A stretch of 64,000 bases of DNA from Raillietiella orientalis (lineage: Eukaryota), in the NCBI GenBank assembly GCA_036172245.1, contig JAYWIR010000012.1, forward strand, positions 1,116,001-1,180,000, given 5' to 3'. The notes under the pieces were generated by a model. It was not told the origin of the DNA. It saw nothing but the letters and a program-made list of their open reading frames with translations, and did no database searches. Position 1 is the first letter of the stretch, and each line of letters starts with the position of its first letter. Of the stretch, positions 47,711-59,599 are shown one piece after another. The translations under genes and the position numbers were made by a program.

Positions 47711-50700
47711 CGATCGGAGGCTGGAAACTGATGCGGCGCGGGGTCGGCGAGGTGGAGGTGGGACGGTGTCGACAGCGGTCCAGAGCCACTCCCCGCCGGA
47801 GCGCCACCTGTCTTCCCTCCGGAGCTCCCGCGTCTTCCTCCACCGTCGTCGAAGGATTTCCGTCCTTGAGGCGTGGATTGCAAAACTGAAAAGTCGGACG
47901 CGCCGCGGTCTTTGCTCAAGGAAGGGAAAGAAGAAATTTCCGCGTCCTCCAGCAGCGGTGGCACGGCTGCTCCGGTGTTCTCCGCTCTCACTCTCCCACT
48001 CTCCCCGCTTCCTCCTCCAGTTCGGCTTCCCACTGTTCCTCCTGTCGCTTCCGGTTCGGCGGCCTTCTCCTTGCTAATTCAGCGCGCGTCTCAGGCGGAT
48101 GCAGTCCCCATCTGTCTGCGCGGCCCGACAGTCCATAGCTGTCGGGCAAAATAGGACCAACTTTTCCGGAGCTGATATCCCTTTCTTGCAGGGGAATTAC
48201 TTGCTCATTTAATTTGGCCCCATCTAGAAAATTTGTATCAGCCATCACCCGTTTCTGCCGGGAACGGGGGCGCGTGCCGCGCGGGAGGCTCGATGTTTGC
48301 GATCGATAAATCCTTCGTTGCGCGGAGAGCACGTGCTGAACATTCAAATTCCGAAAAATGGAATCCCATTCTGGACTCTGCCGATGCCCTTGCAATCAGC
48401 TTATTAACGCATTTTTCATCCTCTTGCCGCACCAGCTGCGCCGGAAGCAAACTGCGCTCCGTGAGATTGCAGAGGGCCCTCCTTGATAAACATGGCGGCG
48501 AGACCGACTCTCGCGTTCTCCGCTCGTGCGGTGTTCGGCTACATTCCGCGCGATCCCCGCTTCTCCGAGTTAATTGTGTCTGAGCCAACTTCGGAGTCCC
48601 GGAAGTGGGATGTCGCAGCTACCCGACGGTTCCCCGATCCCGGTCGCACGTGAAAAATGTCGCGATGCGGATTGCTCCGCGCCGCGGGAACGCGCCGCCG
48701 CAACACTTCGGTCTTCCTGCGTGCCGCCTGGCGTGCTCAACGGGATCGTCCCGCTCCCTCGATCGCCGCCGGGGACCGGAAGTCCCGTACTACTTCGCTC
48801 CCTCTCACAGACGTCGAGAATACGGCCGGCAGCCCAACTTTTGGGCGTGAGGCATTCGCGAAAGGCTGGTTGCTGCTGGATGCGGGGGCGTTCACGTAGG
48901 CTGCCCCTTCTGCTTCCAGGTTGCTGCCGCTCGGCCCTCCGCGCCCCGAGACGTGCGCTCGGCTGGACCGGCACGTGGCCTCTCCAAGCTGCTTGGGAAG
49001 TCGTCACGGCGGTAGCAGAGCGTAATTCGCTCTTCTTTCGAGAGGTTTGCTTTCGGCGTTGGCCATCCATCCCTTCTTCCGAACCCTCGTCTTCCGAGTG
49101 CTCACGATTCCAGGCTTTCGCACGCTCTCCAAGCTGCGGGTGCGTTTCCAAGCAGCGGCCGCCCTCGGTAATCTTTCCCTCCCCCACCCATCCACGCCGT
49201 TTGCTGCTCAGAGTTTGGTCGATACAACTTGCACACCTTGACGTTCCAAGGCTCGAAGGATGCAGTCTCTCCGCCTGGATCAGCAGTCACACTGTGCCGA
49301 CGTTTGACTCCTCCACTCCTTCGGCGGCGAGCATCCCGTCGCCGTGGAGAGCAACCGGTGCTGCACGGAAATGCAGGAGTCCCGCGATCGATGGCGCTCC
49401 CTCCGCTCGCGAAAATTCGCTTAGCGCGGGGACTCTTTTTCTCAGTTGAAGCGTGAAGGGGTCCTCTCTTTCCTCCGGGAACGCCGGGATCAATGGGCCC
49501 TCCCCCCCCAAAAAAAAAGAAAAATTGGAGAAAGGAGATCGGCGGAATGGAAAGCCCGAATGCAGCCCCCCATCCGTTGCTATGCAACCGCATCATGGAT
49601 CAAGAGAATACCTTTCACAGCACTCTTCTGCTCAGGCCTTAGCCACGAGCGGCCCCTGCAGTCCTTGCAGATAGCCGGGCGACCTTCCGGGACGATGCTG
49701 CGCTGCTGAAGAGCCGAGTCGCCGCGCCTCCACCAGACCGAACCGTAGCGCAGCGCGCGGTGAGCCGAGGTCCATTTTGCGAGCTTGCGGGCGATCCGAC
49801 GTCTACGCCCGGTGGCCGTTCGGTTCTTCCCAAGTCCTCCTCCTCCGTGGAAGAATCCTCCCGCACCTGACTCTTACTGGTCGGCCCCGGCTCCGCTGCT
49901 GTTGCTGAGGGCCAGGGAATACACAGATCACGATCTACGGCTGTCGACTCTTTTTGATCCACTTCATCCTCCTCCCCCTCCTCCTTGCCAGATACTTCCA
50001 GAGGATACCGTGGATCATCATCCAGGAGTCCCTTTGATCGCCAGGCAGCGCTCTAGGAGTTGCTCAGAGACGACTCCTGTAGCCTGGGGAGTGTCTCTCT
50101 ATGTTAATTACCGATTCTCGTCGTGAACGGCGCTCTCCCCATTAATTTTGGGATCGAATTTTCCCGGACCAGACGGCATTCAAATTTTCTTTTGAAATGG
50201 TAAAACATGGGAAAGCAGGGAGAATTCGATTTCGCTCGATCCAGGCGGCCGCTGCGACCGCTTCCCTTCTGGGAAAGGGGGGTTGGGGAGGGGCACTTCA
50301 TCCGAAATCGCCCCCTCGCGACGCCACGCGAAAACGAGAGGGACGGTGACGCTGCACTTTCCCGCCCGCCTGTCCTCCCGCGTGCTCGGAAAAGGGGTGC
50401 TTATCGATCCTCGAGCTGAACAGCACTTATTTTCGGGAGGTTGGGGACTTCGAAACCTCTTCCCCTTCCTCCTTCTCCTTTCCTCCTCTTGCTTCTGCCA
50501 CTGCTGCTTCTGCCCCTTTCCCCTTTCATCCGCTACCCGAGCTTTCCAACATTCGCGGCTCCGTTTCGGAGTCTTCCGCTCTTCGCTTCTGTTGACTCTC
50601 GGTGCACTAAGTACACCGAGCGAATGGCTGCAAACCTCGACGTCGGTCTCCTGATCGCGGGATATTGCGAGATCGCAGATTTGCTTTCCCCGATTGATCA

Positions 50701-51199
50701 GCTCTGGGTTGGGCTCGAAATTATAGTCTGATCCATCCTTCGCTCTGTCTGCAGCGAGCGGGGAAAAGGAGCGGTCATTGCTGCTACGGCCGTTGCATAC
50801 ACGTGCCATCCCTACGGGAAAAAAAGAAAGAAAAGTTCCTCCTAAAGTGATTCCGCCTGCTTTTATCAAGTACCACTGTTTTGCTCATTCGTTCGCTTCT
50901 TCTCTTGATGGACGTACCGATTCCATTAGGGACATCGCAGGACGGCAGCCGGTTCTTCACGTACTCGTTCTGTGACATCCATTCGGGGAGGGGCGTCAGT
51001 TGTCACTCGCGACAGTGGGCAAAGCAAAAAAAAAGTGAAATCATACACATGGGGACTCATTCCTGCAGAATCTGGGACGGTTCCAGGAGCGTTGAGGGAG
51101 GACGGCTGATGTCTGACCAGCCAGTAAGGACAGCTGATTAAACTTTTTCTTTCGACTGCCCTCAGGAAGGGAGTATGAAGCCGAACCACTCTTCTAGCA

Positions 51200-51862
51200 A
51201 GCAGGTTGCAGCTGTGGGTCTGGATCAGCGCCTCCCTTCAGATTGCGCAATATCTTCCTCTCTTTGCATCGCGGGCTCGACAGCAATGCCAGGAGGCACC
51301 ATACAACAGGAAAACGGGCGTCTCGATCGCGTAGCCGATGCGGCAAGAGGGCAACTCTGGTGCGCACGTGCTGCTGGGATGCTCGGGAGTGTGGCGCGGG
51401 TGAAAGCACTTGGTCCATGCCATCTCCCTCCCTACCCCGACAGTCAGAATGACATCGTCCACCAGTCCTTCCCGCAGAACGGGCTTTCCGTGTAGACAGT
51501 GGTAATGACGCTGCTTCCTCCGTGAACTGGACCTTTCAGAAACACTTCTTGAACCACAGCGCAAGAGAAGATCGGTCTGGAACATTCCCCTTCCCATACT
51601 GCTTAGACCACTTCTCTGGTCTGCGCTCAGCCAGAATATTAGGGACAACATCGCCGGAATTTCACCATCGCCTGAGGGCCAGGATCCCCACCACTCCCTG
51701 CAGTTCATTACGCCCCTTTCCTCGCACACCTTCCAATGTTGATCGCCTTGCTCTCCCGGACAACTCCGGACCTGACCACACTTCCTTCCCCGCCACGTTC
51801 AGTCGTCAGGTCAAATTGTTTATTTTTTATAAAATGAACGGCCCGGCGCAACCCGGTTCGAA
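51200..51862 (+). mobile_element. LINE 3' fragment (divergent subfamily)
   Basis: LHRGLDSNARRHHTTG...RSRCGKRATL is a degenerate version of the family B zf-RVT region. The fragment ends in tgtttattttttataaaatgaacggcccggcgcaacccgg. Confidence 0.55.
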
Positions 51863-51949
51863 GCAGCATGCGGCCACAGGAGCCTCCGTGCTCCCAGATT
51901 CCCGGAGGTCCAGCGATCTCCCCGCATCGCCAACACATCAAGAACCGAT

Positions 51950-52600
51950 CCCGTTGGCTGAGAGTCTTGTCACAAGGTGAAAGCAATTCCTCGAGCAACG
52001 TCACGTGGGACCCCGTGCAATCAGTCAGCCAGGTCTTCCGTCCCGGTCCCTCGACTAGAGCTCTGAAGTCCTCAGATTTCCGCTGATGCTGCTGGGGGTA
52101 GACAGAGTGACCATGGAATCCAAGGTCCCCTTGAATGTGAACTTCAGACAGCTTGTTCGCCTTTTCTTCCCGTCTCCACCAATCCAGAAGTGGATTTCGG
52201 CACCTGTGTCAAGAGCCGTGACTTCATCTGGGCAGGGCTTCCCTCGAAACGAAATTGCAAACCGGATCTCAACTGCCCACATGGAGGAGAAGGGAACGGG
52301 AAGGGGGTGAAAGGGTCACTGACATTCCCCTGCCTGCGTCCATCGCAGGATGCCTGCGAAATCCATGCCCCCATTCCAGCCGTTGCGAAATCTGACAACT
52401 GTGGCGCCTCGAGCGCGAGCGGCGAGTCGCGGAATTTCACCGGTGATTAAAGCATCACTTTCTCGCGCTCCACACCCACGGGGATCGCCCGCGAATACAA
52501 AGACTCTGGGATGACTTTCCACTTCACTTGCTCTTCTCCATGGAGCACTACAGTCGCACTTCCAGCTGCCTGCCTCCCCTTTGTCGGGCCGCCTTCCTCC
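51950..52600 (-). mobile_element. Ty3/gypsy gag knuckle and aspartic protease remnant
   Basis: Motifs EVTALDTGAEIHF (retropepsin DTGA) and DVARGIAF (~DxLLGxxF), with a weak knuckle KCDCSAPWRRASE upstream. Confidence 0.5.
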
Positions 52601-53249
52601 CGACCCTTCAGTCTGCAGACTCTGTTCTTTTGCTCCGCTCCCCACTGCGGGGCCCGCTCTTTGTCGAGTCTCCGTAACCGCAGCAGCGACCGGGGTTTCC
52701 CCCGCCCCGAGCTCGTCTCTAAGCCGAGAGAACGAAAAATCACCTGCGGCGATGGATGAACGATATCGACGCGCTGATGACCGGAAGTGCCGGCTCGTGG
52801 CGTCTCGGAGACGGGGATAACGGGATGGAGGCAGCGCCAGCTCTCCCCTGTCAGCCTCATGCTTCCCATCTGACTTGACTGGGGCACATGCCGCTGCCTC
52901 GGCCCGGGAGAGAGCACCCTGCAGCCGCATGCAGCGGCCGCCGACGCCGATCCGGGTGCAGCACGCTGCAAAGGGGGTGGGGCTGCGACCTCGAGCCGTT
53001 GGGAAGACACGCGCGTGGGAGGCGTCGCAGCCGCATCACGATACCCTCTAAGGTCAACGCTGTGGATCTCGGAAGGTGATCATGAGTCGAGACCCAACCC
53101 AGGACTTCGCTTGGATGCGAGGTAATCCCGGAATACGGATCGCAGCTCTTCCTGTCTTCCAGCGTTGCTGTTGGGAGAGGCCGCCAGCAGGAGGAGGTGC
53201 GCGCGTGCGGAACGTTTTGTGGGCGCCATCCCACCTGGGGAGGTGGTCG

Positions 53250-53900
53250 GCGCAGTGGTTGATGCTGCCCCAGGGGGTTCCACGAGGAGGAAGTTCCTTG
53301 CGAGCGACCCATGGGCGCTCACGGCCCAGCGGATCCTGAGTGACCGGTGGAGGAATCTTCCGCGCAATGACGTCAGCAAAGAAGGAGGAGGCGCCGAGAC
53401 GACGCGTCTCTGTGGATTAAATTTCCAACTCTATCTAAAAAGAAAATCCATAGGCGTTCCGGCGCGGCCCAGTAGGGAAGGGGGGGAAGGGAGTTCCTTC
53501 CCCTTCTCCTATACCTCGGGAGGGTTCGTCCCCAGCCGCGTGACCCTTTTTGCTCCCTAGGCGCTCCCTGCTGTCGTTCTGAACATGCGCGAGGCAGGGG
53601 CGCGGACAGCCTCCTCCCGCGCCGCCCGGACATTTCGTCTCCTGGGACAATACTTCCCCTTCATGGGATGCCGGAGGCACCTCCTGAAAGGGAGACCACC
53701 GAGCGAGGTCGAGTTCCCCTGCCCTCCTTCCCATGACGTTCTGCAAATATCCGGTCCAGGTCGCCGGAGGCTGCCGCATGCATAAGTCGCACGGTTTCGC
53801 AGGGATGCGACGACCGCTCTTCGAACCAGGAGTGCGCCAAGCCCTTATGCTTAACAAATGAATCCATTAATTCATTAACCGGCGGAGCATTCCGGCATCC
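53250..53900 (+). mobile_element. Possible LINE 3' fragment
   Basis: WRNLPRND...RLCG resembles the zf-RVT lead-in. The AT-rich end is followed by a ccgg..ccgg motif at 53874-53895. Confidence 0.3.
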
Positions 53901-54479
53901 TTTTGTTGGCGCAGGTCAACAGCTGCCACCGTTCCGCCCTCGTACGCCCGGTCGAAGGGCTGTCGCTCACGTCCCTGCGGAACCGCGCGACCTCTGCATG
54001 CAGCTGCGGCTGCCGGCGAACAGAACCGGGCATTCGAGGAGCATTCTGGTAGGAAGGGCAGAAGAACTCGATCTAGCCCGGTGGTCTCCATTCCGAGAGG
54101 TACTTCCGGCATCCCGTGAAGCGCCAGCCGCATTTCGTTTTCCCTGTTTCGGTAGTGCGTGCTGAACACTAGCGCTGCTGCAGCTTCGACTGCTCGGAAG
54201 CTCTAGAGCATGCGTGGGTTTTTCAGGTTCAGCTCCATCTTTCTTCACAGCTTAGGGAGAAGTGGGGCTGCGTCCCCTTCCCTTGGAGTGCTCTAAGAGA
54301 AAGAAAGAAGGAAGGAAGGAAATTAAGAAAGAAGGAAAGAAAATGGTTTATTTTTTCTCCTGCTGGGATGAATCGAATCTCGACTCATCCCTTGTCGAGT
54401 GACTTTTCCCGGATAACCCGAATCATTTAGGAACACATGCAGGTCCTGCTGAAGGGGATTCGAATGCCCCTTCCCAAGC

Positions 54480-54720
54480 ACGATGGTGCGGCCTTTGGTT
54501 CGTTGCCAGGGAGACAGCGTGCTCTCCTTCCTGCTCCTCAGTGCCCACACTGCAATTTCTCTGCAGTCGCTCTTGATGGCTACGGACGTCCTGGAAACGC
54601 GGGGAAATTCGCTACTGACGGGATCACTGCGAATCAGAATCTCTCCTGACCAGGTCAGGAACGCGATCCTGACAGTCCCTGCATCGCCGGCCCATCTCAG
54701 CCCCCCTCTATCCTTTTGAC
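54480..54720 (+). mobile_element. Possible non-LTR RT fragment
   Basis: Motifs VRCQGDSVLSFLL (~VRQGDxLSPxLF) and LLMATD (~YADD). Confidence 0.3.
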
Positions 54721-54949
54721 TGGCCGCCGGACGGTTGTGGATCATCACATAAACGGCTTCTAACCATCTTCCGAAGGCGGATGAGAAGGGGGGAAGTACT
54801 CTCTCTCTGCTGCTCAAGACTAGTCAAGCCTTCCCTTAGTTTCCGTCGCGGATCCACTGCCGAGAGCTTCTCCACCAGCTTCAAGGGAAACGACTCACAT
54901 CAATGCGGGTTTTCCCGTGGGACCAATGATGAGAACTGAAGATGCATTC

Positions 54950-55450
54950 GGAGTAGATATGATGATATCAAATGCTCGCACTAAACACATCCAGACGTTG
55001 TTAGTCGACCATAAAAATGCGTACTAAGAGGAGACGATCAAAGATGATAATAAAGTAATGAATGGTAAGAACAGGATAATTTACGAGATTCTTGTGGAGC
55101 CTGAACTGGGCTGCAAAAGCAAGAGGGTGTGATTTGGAATGCGTTACAGGGTCGCTTGTTTCCTTAAAGGTGACTGCACATAAGTTCTTAAAGGCGATTC
55201 CTTTCGGGAGTCACACCGCACTGCTCGGAACCACCCTCACCGAGAATGGTGATATCGGCACGTCCGGGTGACCAAATACATGCTGCTGCTGAGGTCTTTG
55301 GATGACGATGTTCCCTTTTTTTTGCACGCCTCCGTGTGCAAAAAAGACGAAAGCTTATTATCCAAAGGGTCAGTAGTCCGAAACTTGTTTGGTGAGTCTC
55401 GTTCCTGGAACTGTCGAACTGCACCACGTTCCTCCTAAACATCCCTGTTC
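54950..55450 (-). mobile_element. Possible Ty1/copia integrase/SH3 remnant
   Basis: Motifs RPQQQHV (~TPQQNGV) and FDRLLLVRIFM (~KLDxRxxxxIFxG). Confidence 0.3.
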
Positions 55451-55699
55451 GCTTGCCTGAGAAGCCTGCGAGGATGCACCTGGCGACCCGAGACCTTTAA
55501 ACTTTGATTTATTTGAACCAAAGTTCTCTCGCTGCTCATTTGTTTCCTAAGCTTCAATGACTTTCTGCCTGCTTGGTTTCGATGGCTTGGTGTCTCCTTC
55601 AAGAACTTTGCTGTTTCTTTCCGTCCATAAAGGGGCGTGTCAGCCCAATTCCCTGCCTAAAATTTTTTTCCCCATCCCAGCAAACGAGAAACCTTGAAA

Positions 55700-58600
55700 G
55701 TGGCTGGTGCACTGCTGACGCTCGAGCCGAAGAGAAGAGGTAATCCTTGGTAGAGAGTGAAATAGTCCCAACGCGCTCCTCGGTTCTTGACAGGATGTCC
55801 GCTAGTGGTCTTCAGCAAACTGCATTCTACACAACAGTCTTTCGTAGACCGAACAGACCAGTGCTCCTGAGACTGCCCCACGGCTATCAGGACCTTTGCT
55901 TCATTAGCCAATTGTAGGCGGCGGACGACGAATCCTGTCCCTGCGTCGTCGGTGGTTTCCATGAGCTCTTCCGTCGGTGTCCGCTTCCGAAGAGCCACTC
56001 CAAACTGAGGGAAAGCTTCCAACTACTGTGGAAAGCGCCACTCCCTTTTTGACTTGAACGCAACTTACTGGAAACTCCGGATGCTGCTTGGTGGATGCTT
56101 GATCTCGGGTGACGCACCTTCAAAACGTCCCTCAACCTGCGAATACGGTGCTATTAGAGGCAGAAATGGCCATCTGCCGCACGCCTCGACCTCCCGCACG
56201 GCTTCCGTTGGCTGCCGGCGGGGTGACGGAATCGCGCACGGTCTGATGGTTCCAGACCCCGCGCTCCGAAGTTCCCCAGCTTGCCCCTCCCCTTTTTTTC
56301 CTTCCTTTTTCGACGGGACACACCAAGAGGAAGCTTCGAGAGGCACCACGAGACTCTCCGAGCCAGCCAGTAGCCGCGAGGGACTCCGTCCTTCCTCTGC
56401 CCCTTCGTTTCCTCAGAAATAGGGGCCTATTTCAGGTCAGCGTAGCGAGAACTTCCCCGAGGATGCTTAGTGGACGCTGGGATGCAGCGTCCATTAAGCT
56501 GGGATGCCGAAGGTGGATCAGCTCCGAGTCCCCTGCTGTGTGTCACCAAGGGGACGTGCAGGCGCTCCAGCCAGCAGCCCTACGGAGTTTTTGGATCCTT
56601 GATGAACGCGTGATGCTGCTGCGGCTGCTATACGGGTTACCTCATCCTCTGTTCTCAGAGTGAGCACACTCTGCGGGAGGGACCCTTGCCACAGGTTTCG
56701 CGTTCCTTCCGACAGAGCATCCGATGCTCGGGGCCTGCCTTTCCCGAGTGCCACCTGCTTAGTATCGTCGGTTCAGTAGAGGAAGCGAACTTGTGGGCAT
56801 GGGCAATGCGCCCCTTCACTTACCCGTCAGTAGCCACAGGTCTATGGAACGGGCCTCTCAGTCGTCAAGAAAGAGAAATGGGAACCTCAAGGAAAGCACG
56901 ATTTTCCTTCGTGAAGAACGAACCGATGCCAAAGCTCTTACGGCCCTGGATCTGGCCTTCAGCCCAATAAGATTTCCGAAGGAGAAGGGAGGAAGGAGGG
57001 CGGGATAGATGGCGAGCTGGTAAGCGCCTCCATCTTGCCCGGAATGTCCCAGACTGTCGAAAGACTGGCTCCCACCCCTTAGACGTCGGACGACGAGGTT
57101 TCTCGCGCTCGTGTTCAGAGGAGGGGAGAAGGTCAATGGCGCGCGAACCCTCCCTCAAGCTCGGAAGCGTCTCGACGGTGTCGGCATGTGGAACACAGCG
57201 ACCTCCGGATACAACTCGGTTGGGCAGAGAACAGCAGAGGTGGCGGCAGGGGGAATGAAGTTTGCTGCCCTCCAGTGGTAGCACTCGAGGATGCAGGCCA
57301 GAGTGCTACAGAAGGGGACATCTGAGAAACTAATTTCTGCAAAAGTGAGGCTCTGGAGGGCACCGAAGGGCCCTGAGCTGAGGACGAAGGGATGCGTAAT
57401 TGAAGAGGAGGCCCGGAAGCTCTGAGTCAAAAAAGAGGGAGTCCAAATCCCAGGGACATCTGAGTGCTCTAGGTGGTAGTCCGCTGAAACGGAGGTGGAG
57501 CCGTTTTCCATTCCCTTATCTTCTCCGTTTTGGATATTTTAACGAAAACCTCCCATTTTGCTGCAATGTCGCTGCCCAGATGTTCCCTGAGGGAGGGCAA
57601 CCTCGCAGTATGGGAAGTTCTTTCTGCCCACGCGCTTTTTCGGGATCCTCCAGGATCTCGGAGTGTGCAGTTGTTGTGCTGCTCAAACAGGAATCTTCGC
57701 ACCTGTTACTTGCGTTGCTCCTGGATCCTCGCCCACAGGCGAACGGTTTCCTGAAGCCAGGCACTACCGTTTGCAGGGCGGATCGAGATCCATCCCGGGC
57801 TGTCCTCGAGAGCTGGGCCGCCCTCCGAAGCTGTAGTCCTCAGTGGCAGATGGGGCTTCGGAGTGCAAGGTAGGGTGCTAGTCCCGCGTTGCCGGTGGCC
57901 TGCTCGACGAGGAGGAGTGCAGGGATGCACCAGCCGCTCCAGCGTCAGGAGGCCGAGACCGCCGTCCCGACAAGGAGCGCACAAGTCCACAACCGAACTC
58001 GGGATCTCAACCGTGTCGTGGAACCGTGAGGACCATCCCCTGCACTAACGAGGCAGAGGTTTGAAACTCGAACTTTGGTTTCCGAACTCCGGGAAGAGGG
58101 AAGATAAAGAGTGGGTACCGCCCCACTGTTCCACGGTGCCTTCTCTCTCGCTTCATCTCCAAAGCACAGATGGTCTTCAAGACATGTGAAACATCTGTGC
58201 ACTCCCTGGCTTATGGTCTGGATGTGGAGATCCTGTAGGAAGGAGTAAGGCGACGTCTCGAGTTCTCGTCGTCTCTTCCTCTCCCACCCCCCTCTTCTTC
58301 CAACCACGCCACCGCTCCAGTCAGAGCGAATTTCCTCGCTCAAGGAGGAAACTGCATTCCATAGGAGATCTCCAGTATGTCCGGTTGTCCCCTCCGGAGA
58401 CCCTGGCACCCTCTAGGCTTCCACAGTTGTCCCGGTTGGATAATCTTGAAAAGCGGAAGCCGCCCAAGGTATTCGTGTGAGGCATGATCGGCCGCTGTCA
58501 TTAAAGGAGATGGCTTTCCCCAGAAGAATGTCGCGTCCCCACATTCACCTTCCTCTGCGCGTGGGGTGACCTGCATTGCATCTGGCGCGCGGCTGCAGGG

Positions 58601-59350
58601 CTTGGCCGTGGCTGGAGCGGCGGCCGAACAAGAAGGCGGAGTCCAGGGGGGCACCTCGTGCAAAAGAGCACTGCGCCTGCCGGGGCAGTCGCGGGTTCTT
58701 CCACCGGAAACAGGAATGGAAAAAGCAGGACGCAGGGGGAAGGGGGCTTCAGGAAGAACTGAAGCGTCTGCTTATCAGCGCTGCTGCTTTCTCATTCCCA
58801 TCGCTTTTCGGGGAGGCAGGCGACTTCCAGGTTTTTTTGGTCCTCATGAGATGCCTCACTTCAGATGCTGACGGCGATGGCGTTCTCTAGCGGCAACGAA
58901 TGAAGACCTGGCTCCTGCTTGCCGAAAATGGCCAGCAGACGAGCAGATTCGCGCGTGGCCATTCACTCAGCTCATTGATGAGTTTGGCACGGCATCTGAC
59001 TCACCATTTGGTGGACGGCCCTCTTTTTATTTCTACCTTTAGACAGTGCTCCTCGTCTCCAGCATCTGCACGTATCCATCTGCTCATCAGACCTTGCCAC
59101 ACCTTTTTTCTCTTCTTTCGTCTTACGTTCCTTCCGAGGAGATCTGTCCGGGATAACTGTGGACAAAAAATGAGTGTCAGAAAGAAGCCAAATCAAGAAA
59201 AATTCCTCTCGAACCATCCAGCAGTTCGAGTGGGTTCATTCCAAATGACTCTCTCCAATGATCCATGGAACGCCGCTGCAGATCGCACCCCAACAACCCG
59301 TCCGGCGAAGGCATCCGAATTTCTGGAAATTCCTGACACCTCGACGTCTT
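55700..59350 (-). mobile_element. Decayed L1-like LINE ORF2 (RT, possible RNase H)
   Basis: Motifs RGAPLDSAFLF (~QGCPLSPxLF), CGDATFF (~YADDTT), EYLGRLPLFKIIQPGQ (~GLKINxxK) and DLCAPCRDGGLGL. Weak RNase H-like motifs occur at 56100-56650. Confidence 0.6.
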
Positions 59351-59599
59351 CCTGACCAAGGAGGTCAGCTTACGTCCGAAATAGCACCCGAGAGCAGAGG
59401 CCAGCACACGCACTTTTCCTATTATTCTTCGTGCATCCCCAAAGGGACCGGTTGGTGGGATTTCAGCTGCTTCGTTATCACGCAGGAAAAAAAGCACTCG
59501 AGGCACTTGCCGCACGCGCCCCAATTGTGGTCGCTGTCACTCTCGATGGTCAACGTGTGCTGGCTCGAAGACCGAAGGAAATCTTCCGCAGTTGCGCTT

